Source of the DNA: Macrostomum hystrix
Taxonomy: Eukaryota > Animalia > Platyhelminthes
Assembly: GCA_950097015.1 (NCBI GenBank)
Contig: CATNEN010000003.1
Location: 14,260,001-14,324,000, forward strand
Direction of reading: 5' to 3'
DNA length: 64,000 nucleotides
Shown piece by piece: positions 14,535 to 26,284 of this stretch (position 1 is its first letter; every line of letters starts with the position of its first letter). The position numbers were made by a program, and so were the translations under genes. The notes under the pieces were generated by a model. The model saw nothing but the letters and a program-made list of their open reading frames with translations. It had not been told where the DNA came from and ran no database searches.

Positions 14535-15530
14535 CTTTAATCTCGCCCTAGCTTACTTTAATCTTACCCTATTTTACTTTAATCTCTCCCTACCTCAACT
14601 TAAACTCACCCTACCTCACTTGAATCTCACCCTACCTCACTTTAATCTCACCCTACCTCACTTTAATCTCACCCTACCTCACTTGAATCTCTCCCTACCT
14701 CACTTGAATCTCACCCTACCTCACTTTAATCTCACCCTACCTCACTTTAATCTCACCCTACCTCACTTGAATCTCACCCTACCTCACTTTAATCTCACCC
14801 TACCTCACTCTAATCTCACCCTACCTCACTTTAATCTCACCCTACCTCACTTTAATCTCACCCTACCTCACTTTAATCTCACCCTACCTCGCTTTAATCT
14901 TACCCTACCTCACTATAATCTCACCCTACGTCACCTTAATCTCACCCAAACCTCACTTGAATCTCACCATATTTTACTTTAATCTCACCCTACCTCACTT
15001 TAATCTCACCCTACCTCACTTTAATCTCACCCTACCTCACTTTAATCTCACCATATTTCACTTGAAACTCACCCTACCTCACTTGAATCTCACCCTACCT
15101 CACTTTAATCTCACCCTACCTCACTTTAATCTCACCCTACCTCACTCTAATCTCACCATATTTCACTTGAATCTCACCCTACCTCACTTGAATCTCACCC
15201 TACCTCACTTTAATCTCACCCTACCTCACTTTAATCTCACCCTAACCTCACTTGAATCTCACCATATTTTACTTTAATCTCACCCTACCTCACTTTAATC
15301 TCACCCTACCTCACTTTAATCTCACCCTACCTCACTTTAATCTCACCCTACCTCACTTTAATCTCACCCTACGTCACCTTAATCTCACCCAAACCTCACT
15401 TGAATCTCACCATATTTTACTTTAATCTCACCCTACCTTACTTGAATCTCACCCTATTTTACTTTAATCTCACCCTACCTCACATTAATCTCACCCTACG
15501 TCACTTTGATCTCACCCTATCTCACCCTAC
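14535..15530. repeat. 21-bp minisatellite TTTAATCTCACCCTACCTCAC
   Basis: ~47 copies. Confidence 0.97.
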
Positions 15531-16703
15531 TCAAACATCTCGTTCTTATGTCATTAATCTCACCTATTAGTTTTTAATAGCTCATCGATCCACAGCCTCA
15601 GTTGCCAGTCTTTCATTATTTCATGTCCAATGCTCGTAGAGGAGATGAGGCAGAAAAGTGTCCATTGAAAATTGAATGCGAAGCTGCTCGGGCTTAGGGA
15701 CCACCCAATTCCACTCCCATTCCGCTCCATTAGGCGGAGCTGGTCTTCCATACCCCCCAGTTCTCAAAATTTCGCGCAAATCCCTTCATAGATAGTCATC
15801 GCTGAAAGGGTGCCACATCTCGTTAACCCGACTGTCTCGGAGGTCGCCAAGGACCTGTCTACCCGTCTCTGCTCAAATCCCCTTCTATCAGCTTTCATCG
15901 TTGCATCACTTTTTTTGTCTAAAACACAGAGAAGTGAGACCACCTGAGACCTAAGCCGAAGAAATTGTTTATAACAAAATTTCAAATCTATTTGAGCACG
16001 CTAGCAATTCGATAATAGCAGTTTCAGGTTGAGTAGATTTCCTATTTTAGGATCAAGGACCTGGGTTTTGGAATGTGGGACTTCTAAATCTAGAATATGC
16101 GAGTGTAAGGCAGTATATGTTCAGTTGAATACCTATTTTATTTTATTAGCTACCTAGACAGTGAAATTAACAGGCATTCTAGAATTCTATACGCTGTTTA
16201 ACAAGCGACCGTTTGCGTGTTAGCTTAATCCCCTTGGGTCAAATTTTTCTTCGCTTCGATCCGGTTTCACAGTTGGAAATCTCTTGGGGAGATTGGTAAT
16301 GAAGATGTTTCTCTAAGCAAGAACCAGCACCCCCTGTACATATTAGTCTTCTGGTTTATTGTTGCTTCATTATACAACAATAGCATCGGCGAAGACAATT
16401 CAAGTAATCTCGATGCTGAAATTAGTCTCTGGGGAGAATGAGTAAGCGTCAGATTTTGCCAATTTTAAGTAAAGATGGACCGATCTTTGAAGTGTATCTT
16501 TTTCTGCTTTGCAAAGATAATTTGTCTTAATAACTTGGCAAGACCAAAGTGTTTTTGGCAGTGCAAGGAGTGGAGTGGTGTCCAGTTTAATTAGCACTTT
16601 GAGGGCCTGATAATAAATTACCCTGATAGACTTGAATGATGCCAGCCTTTGACAGTGCTGGGCGCGACTACTGGCTCCACCCTAGCTGTACAATTGATAT
16701 ACT

Positions 16704-17322
16704 TCTCCCTCTATGCCTCTCCCTCTCCCTCTCCCTCTCCCTCTCTCTCTCCCAGTCCCTCTCCCTCTCCGTCTCCCTCTCCCTCTCCCTCTATGCCTCT
16801 CCCTCTCCCTCTCCCTCTCCCTCTCTCTCTCCCTATCCCTCTCCCTCTCCCAGTCCCTCTCCCTCTCCGTCTCCCTCTCCCTCTATGCCTCTCCCTCTCC
16901 CTCTCCCTCTCCCTCTCCCTCTCCCTCTCCCAGTCCCTCTCCCTCTCCGTCTCCCTCTCCCTCTCCCTCTCCCTCTATGCCTCTCCCTCTCTCTCTCCCT
17001 CTCCGTCTCCCTCTCCCAGTCCCTCTCCCTCTCCGTCTCCCTCTCCCTCTCCCTCTCCCTCTCCCTCTCCCAGTCCCTCTCCCTCTCCCTCTCCCTCTCC
17101 CTCTCCCAGTCCCTCTCCCTCTCCCTCTCCCTCTCCCTCTCCCAGTCCCTCTCCACTCTCTCCCTTTCTCCCTTTCTTACTCTCCCTCTCTCCCTCTCCC
17201 TCTGCACTCTCTCCCTCTCATTCTCTCCCTCTCTCCCTCTCCCTCTGCACTCTCTCCCTCTCCTTCTCTCCAACTCCACTCTCTCCCTCTTCACCCTCTC
17301 CCTCTCCACTCTCTCCCTCTCC
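16704..17322. repeat. (CTCTCC)n polypyrimidine array
   Basis: Direct inspection. Confidence 0.97.
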
Positions 17323-17909
17323 GTCTGCCAATCTTTTCACAGCATTCACAGCAGTTATACAGATAAACGAGCTGTTTGCCAATGTAATTGCCAGTGAGTA
17401 TTAGCCCCAAGCATCCCATATGATAAGTTGATTGACAAAGTCGCAGTTGTCGGTGATTTTGTCATTTCTCACTGATTGGCTCAGCTGGTGGCGCCCCGAA
17501 CGTTTCTCCAAAAAATTAGGATATAATTTTCTATTCTCCCCATTTCTGTCGTACGTGTGTGCCTCCGAAGAAATTAACACTGAACCTTCTTGCCCAAGGC
17601 TTGGATAGCTTGCTATAATTTGAGCATTTCTTGATCTATCGCAGGACTATATCCCCAATTCTGAGCATAGATTGGCCAACAATACGGTAAATTGTAATTA
17701 TTATAAGGCGGCGCCAATATTACGTGCCTCAAGCCCTCAACGCGGAAAATTATAATTCTTCCACGAATTTGTTCCCTTGGGGAGTTTATACTCGTACGAG
17801 TAGTTGTGCTCACAGCTGTGCGTCAGGTTTATAACAGCCTAAATTTTATATCTTATATTTGATCTCCATGTTATCTTGGTTCTAGTGAAATTGAATAGGA
17901 TTAGGTAGG

Positions 17910-18228
17910 GAGAGAGAAGTATATTGAGTAGAGAGAGAGAGAAGTAGATTGAGTAGAGAAGAGAAGTAGATTGAGTAGAGAAGAGAAGTAGATTGGGTAG
18001 AGAGAGAAGTAGATTGAGTAGAGAAGAGAAGTAGATTGATTAGAGAGAGAAGTAGATTGAGTAGAGAGAGAAGTAGATTGAGTAGAGAAGAGAAGTAGAT
18101 TGAGTAGAGAAGAGAAGTCTATTGAGTAGAGAGAGAAGTAGATTGAGTAGAGAAGAGAAGTAGATTGAGTAGAGAGAGAAGTAGATTGAGTAGAGAGAGA
18201 AGTAGATTGAGTAGAGAGAGAAGTAGAT
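17910..18228. repeat. 21/23-bp array GAGAGAAGTAGATTGAGTAGA
   Basis: ~14 copies ending ~90 nt before the 18317 acceptor. Confidence 0.95.
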
Positions 18229-18316
18229 TAAATGAAATGAGAAATGCAAAAAGAAAAAGCAAGCAAGTCTCAATGAATAATTCTATCTAATTTCTAACCC
18301 GTCAAACCAAACGCAG

Positions 18317-18570
18317 GTTCTTCCTGAAGTTCTTCATGAAGTGCAACCAGAACTGCTTGAAGAATGCAGGCAATCCTAGGGACATGCGCCGTTTTCAAGT
18401 TGCCATCGCCTCAGCGCCCGGTCTAAACGGGCCGCTATTGGCTGTGTCCGACAACATGTTTGTTCACAACAATAGCAAACACGGTCGCAGAGCCAGACGA
18501 GTGGAACCAGGAGAGGGTAGTAGCGTCAGCGGCGGCGGCGGTGGTGGCGGCTGCGGACTCAGTGGAGGCG
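18317..18570 (+). CDS. coe: COE exon, end of DNA-binding domain (alternative in-frame donor after 18516)
   Basis: cgcag|G TTC; [28 protein letters not shown]...[26 protein letters not shown]; donors gtagta (18517) and gtaaga (18571), both phase 1. Confidence 0.96.
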
Positions 18571-19414
18571 GTAAGATGCCCGCGTTTATTGCAGCCTGTT
18601 TTTGGCTGTTTTTCTGTATCATTTTTAGGTATGTCATTCTGTTTTTGAATGTCTGTCTTTCTGTTTTTGACTGTCTGTCTTTCTGTTTTTGTCTGTCTGT
18701 ATTTATGTTTTTTACTGTCTGTCTTTCTGTTTTTGATTATTTGTCTTTCCGTGTTTTTATGATGTTTCTTTTGGGTTTTCTGCTTTTCGATTTTATTGAG
18801 CCCTTCTTTTTGTCTATCTGTTCTCGACCGTCTGTCGTTTTCATCTTCATCACCTGCCTCAATAGCTGATCAAAGCCCAAATCAAAGCTTGAGTCAGCCA
18901 AAGCCATTATCATCGCAATCTGAGGCTCAGCTGACAAAAATAATAGCCCGGTCATCAATGCGCAACACCCCCTAGCCCTCCTTGTCATCTCGCCTCGTCC
19001 CAGAATCCTGCAGCCTCGTCAGTCAATCACTGCCGAGACTGGGGTTGAGGCCATAGAGGATTTGACTTATGACCCAACCAGAAGCGATTTAGCTATAACA
19101 AATGTTAAATAGTTTCTCGGACCAAAAGCCTGAAAACTGACAACTGGAGCCCTCAACCCTTGGACTAATTGGTCTCACGATACTTTGAGTCCACTCCCAA
19201 GGGGATCTAGATTAGCTCTCGACAGATGAGGATGGGGAAAAGGATTAGGGATTAAACCTCTTGGATTGACTTTAAATGCTTTCATGTTTTCGTTGTCCAA
19301 GTTGTACAGACCTATCGATCAGTCTAGCAATCTATCAGTATATCTGTCCTTTAAATAAGAAATCCTGAGTTTATAAATCTATAAATTTGTTAATGTATCC
19401 ATTAATAAATATAT

Positions 19415-19805
19415 TAATCTATCAATCTATCAGTCTATCTATCTATCTAGGTATAAATATATCAATCTATCAATCTATCAATCTATCAATCTATCAATCT
19501 TTTAATCTATCAGTCTATCTATCTATCTAGGTATAAATATATCAATCTATCAATCTATCAATCCATCAATCTATCGATCTATCAATCTATCAATCTATCA
19601 ATCTTTCAATCTTTCAATCTATCAGTCTATCCATCTATCTAGGTATAAATATATCAATCCATCAACCCATCAATCTATCAATCCATCAATCTATCGATCT
19701 ATCAATCTATCAATCCATCAATCTATCAATCTATCAATCTATATAGTTGTCAATTTACCAATCCATCAATCTACCAATTAATCAATCTATCAATCAACTC
19801 ATCCA
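19415..19805. repeat. 8-bp array ATCAATCT
   Basis: Runs up to the 19811 acceptor. Confidence 0.93.
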
Positions 19806-19811
19806 TCGCAG

Positions 19812-19963
19812 GCGAGTCGCTGCCCTCTCAATCAGCACCCAGCATCAAGGCGATCTGTCCTAGCGAAGGTTGGACTACCGGCGGTTCGACAGTAATTATT
19901 GTCGGCGATAATTTCTTCGATGGACTTCAAGTAGTATTTGGAACAATGTTAGTCTGGAGTGAG
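19812..19963 (+). CDS. coe: COE exon, IPT/TIG domain first part (alternative in-frame acceptor, exon start 19836)
   Basis: cgcag|GC; (G)[50 protein letters not shown]|gtgagt. Confidence 0.96.
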
Positions 19964-20006
19964 GTGAGTCGATTTTTTATTTAAATCATATATTCAACTC
20001 GGATAA

Positions 20007-20990
<984 letters not shown>

Positions 20991-21018
20991 TGACCATTTT
21001 TCGCATTGTTTTTTACAG

Positions 21019-21251
21019 CCCTCACAGAGCCGACCATAGACTATGGCTTTCAGCGCCTCTGCAAGCTAATCCCCAGACATCCAGGAGATCCAGAACGCCT
21101 TCCAAAGGAGATCATACTAAAAAGGGCTGCCGATGTTGCCGAAGCTCTCTACACCATGCCGCGGCAGGCACCGACGCATCCGCCGCCTCCGCCGCCACCG
21201 CCGCAGCAGTCGCGCAGTCCATCCGGAGGTCTGATGACCAATGGATTTCAG
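21019..21251 (+). CDS. coe: COE exon, HLH dimerisation domain (single helix 2) plus polyPro
   Basis: tacag|CC; [49 protein letters not shown]...TNGFQ|gttggt. Confidence 0.95.
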
Positions 21252-21429
21252 GTTGGTCAAATTCTGAAATTAAATCTGCGCGATTTTAATTAATGTCGGA
21301 TGCACATCGCACTACTCACTTCAGAGCCTTTAGTAGTACGGTTTGATTTTTAAAGCATGCCGTCCCATTTTTTCATCAGTTCTTTTTGATTACATTTTTA
21401 ACTGCACCCTTAATTATCTTAAAACGCTT

Positions 21430-21638
21430 TCCAATGACCCTCTTTACCCAATGAGCATTCTTCCCAATGACCCATTTTCTCCCAACGATCCCCATTTCCC
21501 AATGACTCCCATTTTCCCAATGACTCCTATTTTCCCAATGACCCCTCTTCCCAATGACCCTTCTACCCAATGAACTTTCGTCCCAATGACCATTCTTCCC
21601 AATGACCATTCTTCCCAATGACCCTTCTTCCCAATGAC
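21430..21638. repeat. Degenerate ~17-bp array TTCCCAATGACCC
   Basis: Reverse-complement relative of the 52940-54642 unit. Confidence 0.85.
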
Positions 21639-21747
21639 CGCTCATAATTATCTCATCATTCTGAAGCTCCCATGATGTAATTTACAAATAATTGACTTGT
21701 CCGAAATAGTTAACAAAACTCACCTTCCCTTCATGTACTTTCTGCAG

Positions 21748-22090
21748 TCCTACAGCAGCCAGTTGGCAGTGTCAGTCGCCGACCAATGGGCAGCGGCGGC
21801 GGTAGCCGAGGAGTACACCAGATCAGCTGCGGGCCATCCTGATTCGCCACTAGCCAGGCATCACCAACATCAGCATCACTATCAGCAGCAGCAGCAGCAG
21901 CAGCAACAACAACAACAGCAGCAGCAGCAACAGCAGCATCAGCAGCAGCAGTCGGTGTCCTCGTCGGCGGCAGCGGCGGCCGCTGCTGCAGCAGCTGCGG
22001 CATCCTTCCAGTCCTACCCAACGGCTGGCGGCATGGGAATGCACGGCATGCATTCAAGCAGCCATGGCCATCACCAGGACTTCCTGCACG
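21748..22090 (+). CDS. coe: COE exon, low-complexity activation region (polyQ, polyA, His-rich)
   Basis: tgcag|TCC; SYSSQLAVSVADQW...QQQQ...AAAA...QDFLH G|gtgagg; phase-consistent with neighbours. Confidence 0.88.
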
Positions 22091-22169
22091 GTGAGGCAAC
22101 TGTTCTCCATTGGACCATCAACAAACCTCTGGTCTAGTATTTCTATTGACCCAGTCTTTCCGTTGACAC

Positions 22170-22343
22170 ATTCTTCACCTTGATCTGTTCTTCAGATTGA
22201 TCCATTCTTCACCTTGATCTGTTCTTCAGATTGATCCATTCTTCACCTTGATCTGTTCTTCACATAGATCCATTCTTCACATAGATCCATTCTTCACATA
22301 GATCCATTCTTCACATAGATCCATTCTTCACATAGATCCATTC
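22170..22343. repeat. 17-bp array TTCTTCACATAGATCCA
   Basis: ~10 copies in the last COE intron. Confidence 0.92.
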
Positions 22344-22449
22344 TTCACATAGATCCATTCTTCCAATCGGCACACTGACTCATGGACAAGTGGACCGATT
22401 TTCCCCGCTGACTAATTCTTTCGAATGACAATTTTCCACATTTTTGCAG

Positions 22450-22550
22450 GCATGTCATCGCTGCCCTTCTCCGCTGTTAATCCGTTTGCACTCGGTGGCG
22501 GTCCAGGCAGTCAAGCCTATCCCGGATCCATCGCATCGCCAGTCAAGTAA
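22450..22550 (+). CDS. coe: COE terminal coding exon
   Basis: ttgcag|GC; (G)MSSLPFSAVNPFALGGGPGSQAYPGSIASPVK*; stop TAA 22548-22550; PFS..NPFAL resembles protostome Collier C-termini. Confidence 0.88.
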
Positions 22551-23486
22551 ACCATGGTAACGAGCAACGCGTCAAAATGCAGAAAACATGCGCAGATTTG
22601 AATTTGCATTAAGTTCAGTAAAAAAATATAATCGATTTGTTTACATTTGTGTCTCTATTCTATTAAAATGCCTGCGCCCCAAATTTGATGTCGGTTGTTC
22701 GGATCGTAAACACATAGCAAACCAAGGTAAAGATTCAGGACTTTTTGTTTTGAATTCTATCAATTTTAAATCTTTCAAAAAATTATACTTAAAGGTATTC
22801 TATGTCAATAAATTGATGAAGCACGTTAATGTAATGCCATTAAACATTTACGTTTACAAGCATATTTTTCAGTTCGCGATAAGTTTCAACTTCAATTGTT
22901 TTTGTACATATTGATCAGTATAACAAAACCCTATTTATTATTTAAGAAAAAGAACTACAAATTTAAATGCATTGATGAAAAAAGTTAATCTAGAATACAT
23001 ATCGTTTAATTTTGTACAATGAATGATGAGAAAGCTAAATTGGTTATATTTTAAAATATTCGAATGTGCTATCAAAATTATTGATAATACACCACTTACA
23101 TATTAGAAGTAGCTTAAAAGTGGGCTTCGAAATTTATTATTTTTTGCCTTACTCTGTGTCATACGGTAAACTATTTTTATTCCTAGAAATCAATTTCGAA
23201 ATTTAAAAAATAATTTATGAATCTGAGTTCTCGAAAATTAAAACAAGGTAACCGAAATTTAATGTCTTTTTTTGCTAAGTAACTTAAAAATGACTCCTGC
23301 AGTCAAGTGCTATGTTACTTTTATAATGCTGCAATTGCAATGCGTTCGTGTTCTTTGTTGTAATTTGCTTGTTTTAATTAACGTAGTTTTCTTATCTTTT
23401 CATTACAATTTTGCAGTTTAAAGCTTTTTGCACTACATAAAAATCAATGACTAACTTAAAATGTGTAAATAGTTTTTGCTGTGTTC

Positions 23487-23502
23487 AATAAATTCAAATA
23501 AA
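23487..23502 (+). terminator. Candidate polyadenylation signals of COE (AATAAA x2)
   Basis: AATAAA at 23487 and 23497 at the end of an AT-rich 3' UTR; another AATAAA at 22807. Confidence 0.45.
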
Positions 23503-23812
23503 AAATTGCTTGTAAGCTAACTCAAATTGAGTGGAAAATGCCAAGAAATAATTTCTGATTACTTGCATTAAAGTATGAGAAGCGAAAACTACTGGATTAA
23601 TTATTGATTAGAACGTGGATAAGTGATTGATAATTAAGACATTATATTAGTGAATGACGAGACAGTGGATTAGTGGTTGATAAGGCATTGGATTAGTGAT
23701 GGATAAGACAGTGAGTTAGGAATTAATGGAGGAGCCTATTGTAAAAATTATTCTAAATTCCGTTGAGAGGTTCAAATGAAATGAAATGAAATGTTTCTCG
23801 TCACCTTCGTTG

Positions 23813-23818
23813 TTTATT
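23813..23818 (-). terminator. Candidate polyadenylation signal of the PDE gene
   Basis: TTTATT on + (AATAAA on -) about 500 nt past the PDE stop; alternative at 24084-24089. Confidence 0.4.
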
Positions 23819-24318
23819 TAATTAGCCATGATCAGGCTATCCATGTATATGTATAAATACATGTATAATAAAACAGATAGCAAACTGTTCAGCTATAATA
23901 TATAAGAGCGGAGATCAGAAAACAACACCCAATTATTTATCCTATTCAGTGAGGTTTGAATAGATGAAAGTTTCATAACAAGACAAAAGATAAGGAAAAT
24001 GTGATATTCAAATATTCAATATTCAAATTCATAAAATTCTCTGCATCACCTAATTGGTAACGAAACTAAACAAAATAACGGTTTTTATTTACAAGCTTCT
24101 TTGCAAACGGATATGGTGAAAATTAATGAATCTTTAGTGTAACTAACTAGTCTTTGTTATACCAAGCATTGTACTTTAATTAGTGAACCAATTGTGCGCA
24201 AACTAAAAGGTACACTCACTATAGGCTTGTTGAGATTCAAAAAACTAGGTTGCCAAACTTTTATGTCATTATGTCAGTTGTGGCTTCAGAGAAATAAGAC
24301 AAGTATCTGTGACTTGAT

Positions 24319-24447
24319 TCATTCACTACAGCCATCCTGGTCACCAGTAGAACCCGAGGACCTGACCGTCAGCGACTCCCACTGCTTCCTGTTGCTCTGG
24401 CAGCCATCTCGGAGAGCTTCCAAACCCGCGCAGAGTTCGCAGAGCAT
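24319..24447 (-). CDS. PDE terminal coding exon
   Basis: cttcag|ATG; MLCELCAGLEALRDGCQSNRKQWESLTVRSSGSTGDQDGCSE* (cf. PDE5 LLDGCRKNRQKWQAL). Confidence 0.93.
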   Translation of the reverse strand: MLCELCAGLEALRDGCQSNRKQWESLTVRSSGSTGDQDGCSE

Positions 24448-24486
24448 CTGAAGCATCAGCATCAGGCAAACATTCACCTTCTGCTC

Positions 24487-25866
24487 CTTCATCCACTGAG
24501 AGGCTAGACTAACAATCCATTCTATTCCTTCATACACTGAGAGGCTAGACTAGCAATCCATTCTATTCCTTTCATACACTGAGAGGCTAGACTAGCAATC
24601 CATTATATTCCTTGATACACTGAGAGGCTAGACTAGCAATCCATTATATTCCTTCATACACTGAGAGGCTAGACTAGCAATCCATTATATTCCTTCATAC
24701 ACTGAGAGGCTAGACTAGCAATCCATTATATTCCTTCATACACTGAGAGGCTAGACTAGCAATCCATTCTATTCCTTTCATACACTGAGAGGCTAGACTA
24801 GCAATCCATTACGAGCGTATATTCCTTTCATCAACTGAGAGGCTAGACTAGCAATCCATTCTATTCCTTTCATACACTGAGAGGCTAGACTAGCAATCCA
24901 TTCTATTCCTTTCATACACTGAGAGGCTAGACTAGCAATCCATTACGAGCGTATATTCCTTTCATCAACTGAGAGGCTAGACTAGCAATCCATTCTATTC
25001 CTTTCATACACTGAGAGGCTAGACTAGCAATCCATTCTATTCCTTTCATACACTGAGAGGCTAGACTAGCAATCCATTCTATTCCTTCATACACTGAGAG
25101 GCTAGACTAACAATCCATTCTATTCCTTCATACACTGAGAGGCTAGACTAACAATCCACTCTATTCCTTCATACACTGAGAGGCTAGACTAACAATCCAT
25201 TCTATTCCTTCATACACTGAGAGGCTAGACTAACAATCCATTCTATTCCTTCATACACTGAGAGGCTAGACTACCAATCCATTCTATTCCTTCATACACT
25301 GAGAGGCTAGACTAGCAATCCATTATATTCCTTGATACACTGAGAGGCTAGACTAGCAATCCATTATATTCCTTCCTACACTGAGAGGCTAGACTAGCAA
25401 TCCATTCTATTCCTTTCATCCACTGAGAGGCTAGACTAGCAATCCATTCTATTCCTTCATCCACTGAGGGGCTAGACTAGCAATCCATTCTGCTCCTTCA
25501 TCCACTGAGCGGCTAGACTAGCAATCCATTATATTCCTTCATCCACTGAGAGGCTAGACTAGCAATCCATTCTATTCCTTTCATACACTGAGAGGCTAGA
25601 CTAGCAATCCATTCTATTCCTTTCATACACTGAGAAGCTAGACTAGCAATCCATTCTATTCCTTCATCCACTGAGAGGCTAGACTAGCAATCCATTCTGC
25701 TCCTTCATCCACTGAGCGGCTAGACTAGCAATCCATTATATTCCTTCATCCACTGAGAGGCTAGACTAGCAATCCATTCTATTCCTTCATCCACTGAGAG
25801 GCTAGACTAGCAATCCATTCTATTCCTTCATCCACTGAGCGGCTAGACTAGCAATTCATTCTATTT
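24487..25866. repeat. 41/42-bp minisatellite TCCATTCTATTCCTTCATACACTGAGAGGCTAGACTAGCAA
   Basis: ~33 copies filling PDE intron 24448-25876. Confidence 0.98.
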
Positions 25867-25876
25867 CTTTACTCAC

Positions 25877-25960
25877 CGTGTAAACAGGCTGACAGATGAA
25901 GTCAATAAAGCCGACCTGCATTGCTGGCAGACGGGTTCGCTTGTCTCGATCTTTTAAATC
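25877..25960 (-). CDS. PDE exon with invariant substrate-binding Gln
   Basis: tctag|GAT; DLKDRDKRTRLPAMQVGFIDFICQPVYT|gtgagt (cf. PDE5 IPSMQVGFIDAIC). Confidence 0.96.
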
Positions 25961-26057
25961 CTAGATTTAATCGGTACAATGGGATATCATTTTGTTAATC
26001 TTGTACTTGTTATTTCCACTGTTGTTGCCTATTAAATTTTCGCATCGCACTACTCAC

Positions 26058-26268
26058 ATCGGGTTGCATGTTGAGTTCGCTTCGTTCTCGGTCGCCCTGC
26101 TCGTAGAATTCGTTAGCCACTAATTGGGCTGTTTTGTACTGCACATTCCAGGGCTTGGTGATTGCGCTTAGATCAGCTGACGTCATGAGCAGGCCGTACA
26201 GCATGTCAGTGTGCTCAGGGCAGCTGTTATCGAAGCTGCCCGAGTCTATGGTCTGCCGGATTTGCTTC
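26058..26268 (-). CDS. PDE exon, catalytic domain (ADLSAITKPW)
   Basis: ttccag|G; KQIRQTID..LLMTSADLSAITKPWNVQYKTAQLVANEFYEQGDRERSELNMQPD|gtgagt. Confidence 0.97.
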
Positions 26269-26284
26269 CTGGAAGGTTTGAAGA

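Noticed and set aside
16636-17404. SP / LP / LS repeat ORFs (extensin-like)
   Set aside because: Translation of (CTCTCC)n.
18571-18869. Hydrophobic, membrane-like tail on the COE ORF 18336-18869
   Set aside because: Intron read-through into a (TCTG)n/T-rich tract after the gtaaga donor.
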